Shown here: in pieces, positions 63,201 to 64,000 of the stretch | Layout of the letters: every line of letters begins with the position of its first letter | Position numbering within the stretch: position 1 is the first letter of the stretch | Source of the DNA: Nemertoderma westbladi | Lineage: Eukaryota; Animalia; Xenacoelomorpha | NCBI GenBank assembly: GCA_032718475.1 | Contig: JAUCBJ010001621.1 | Location: 1 to 64,000 of the forward strand | Reading direction: 5' to 3' | Length of the DNA stretch: 64,000 bases | Translations under genes and position numbers: made by a program | Notes under the pieces: model-generated | Told to the model about the DNA's origin: nothing | Databases searched by the model: none | What the model saw: only the letters and a program-made list of their open reading frames with translations

Positions 63201-63603
63201 TAGTGTTTAAACGGGATCCCGATCCCGAAAAAGCGGTATTCTGGTGAAAAATGCAATCCCGGTCCCGATCCGGACTTTTTTGGTATAGTATAGATAATAG
63301 TAAGTAAATTTGTTGAATATCTGATAAATAGTTCCAGCAGAACGTAGATGTTTTGATTATATCGAACTTTTATGTCAATAAACCATCCAGAAATCAATTG
63401 AAAAATAATCTTAATAACTTTATCTTACTAATATTTAAGAATTGTAAGATAAAGTTAGTGTTACCCAAAAACCGCCACATATTCGATTAACAATAAGGAA
63501 AATAATTCAAAATTGTAATCCCGATCCCAAAAAACGGAATCCCGAGAGTGGTAATCCCGATCCCGATAATCCCGAAAAGTCTGATTCCGTTTAAACACCA
63601 CTA
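63201..63603. mobile_element. hAT-like MITE
   Basis: tagtgtttaaacgg ... ccgtttaaacaccacta; atcccg subterminal repeats; no clear TSD. Confidence 0.6.
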
Positions 63604-64000
63604 TACACACAACTGCAGTAAATTGAAATAAATCATGCATATGATGGATCACATTGAATTCCAGTACCCCAGTCCACGGACCACAAGCCAGTATATTGCC
63701 TTACAAAAAGAAAAGTTGCGTGGCAGCCCCCTCCCCTCCCATTTATAACATACAATAGCAAAATTGGTATAAAATTCCTAGAAGTTATATATTTAATAAT
63801 ACTAATAGGGCTGTACTGTACCTGTAACAGCATCCATATGTAATAACGACTAAAAGATACTAAATAATATTACTTTAGTAATTAGCATAATTACTGTATA
63901 ATAACATTAAATACAATTAATTACGTAATTACCGATAATCTCTCCTATTAGTCTCTTGATCCCTATCTACTTTGTCTCTTCTGGAACGGAATCCTTTCCG

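Overview
AT-rich, repeat-dense animal (invertebrate-like) genomic DNA; nothing here is prokaryotic and there is no CRISPR array. 1-20.4 kb holds two minus-strand BEL/Pao LTR retroelements. The first is near full length, with a single gag-pol frame broken by two in-frame stops, and appears nested in the 3' LTR of the second. The second is non-autonomous, with an internal 1426-bp tandem duplication, no RT/IN, and a possible self-priming PBS. Two host genes are supported: a two-exon EF-hand protein gene (37398-27970, minus), whose 8.9-kb intron holds a 6.7-kb 44-bp satellite that grew out of a decayed BEL integrase, and FAU (ubiquitin-like + ribosomal protein S30; 49589-49191, minus), with a TOP-like start, a 36-nt 5'UTR intron and an odd triplicated C-terminal motif in its 3'UTR. 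The rest is a 6.2-kb 21-bp satellite, a CR1-like LINE split by an L2-like LINE and a Helentron-like element, hAT/piggyBac-type MITEs, tRNA-derived SINEs and LINE fragments. All family assignments come from motif recognition by eye, not database searches.
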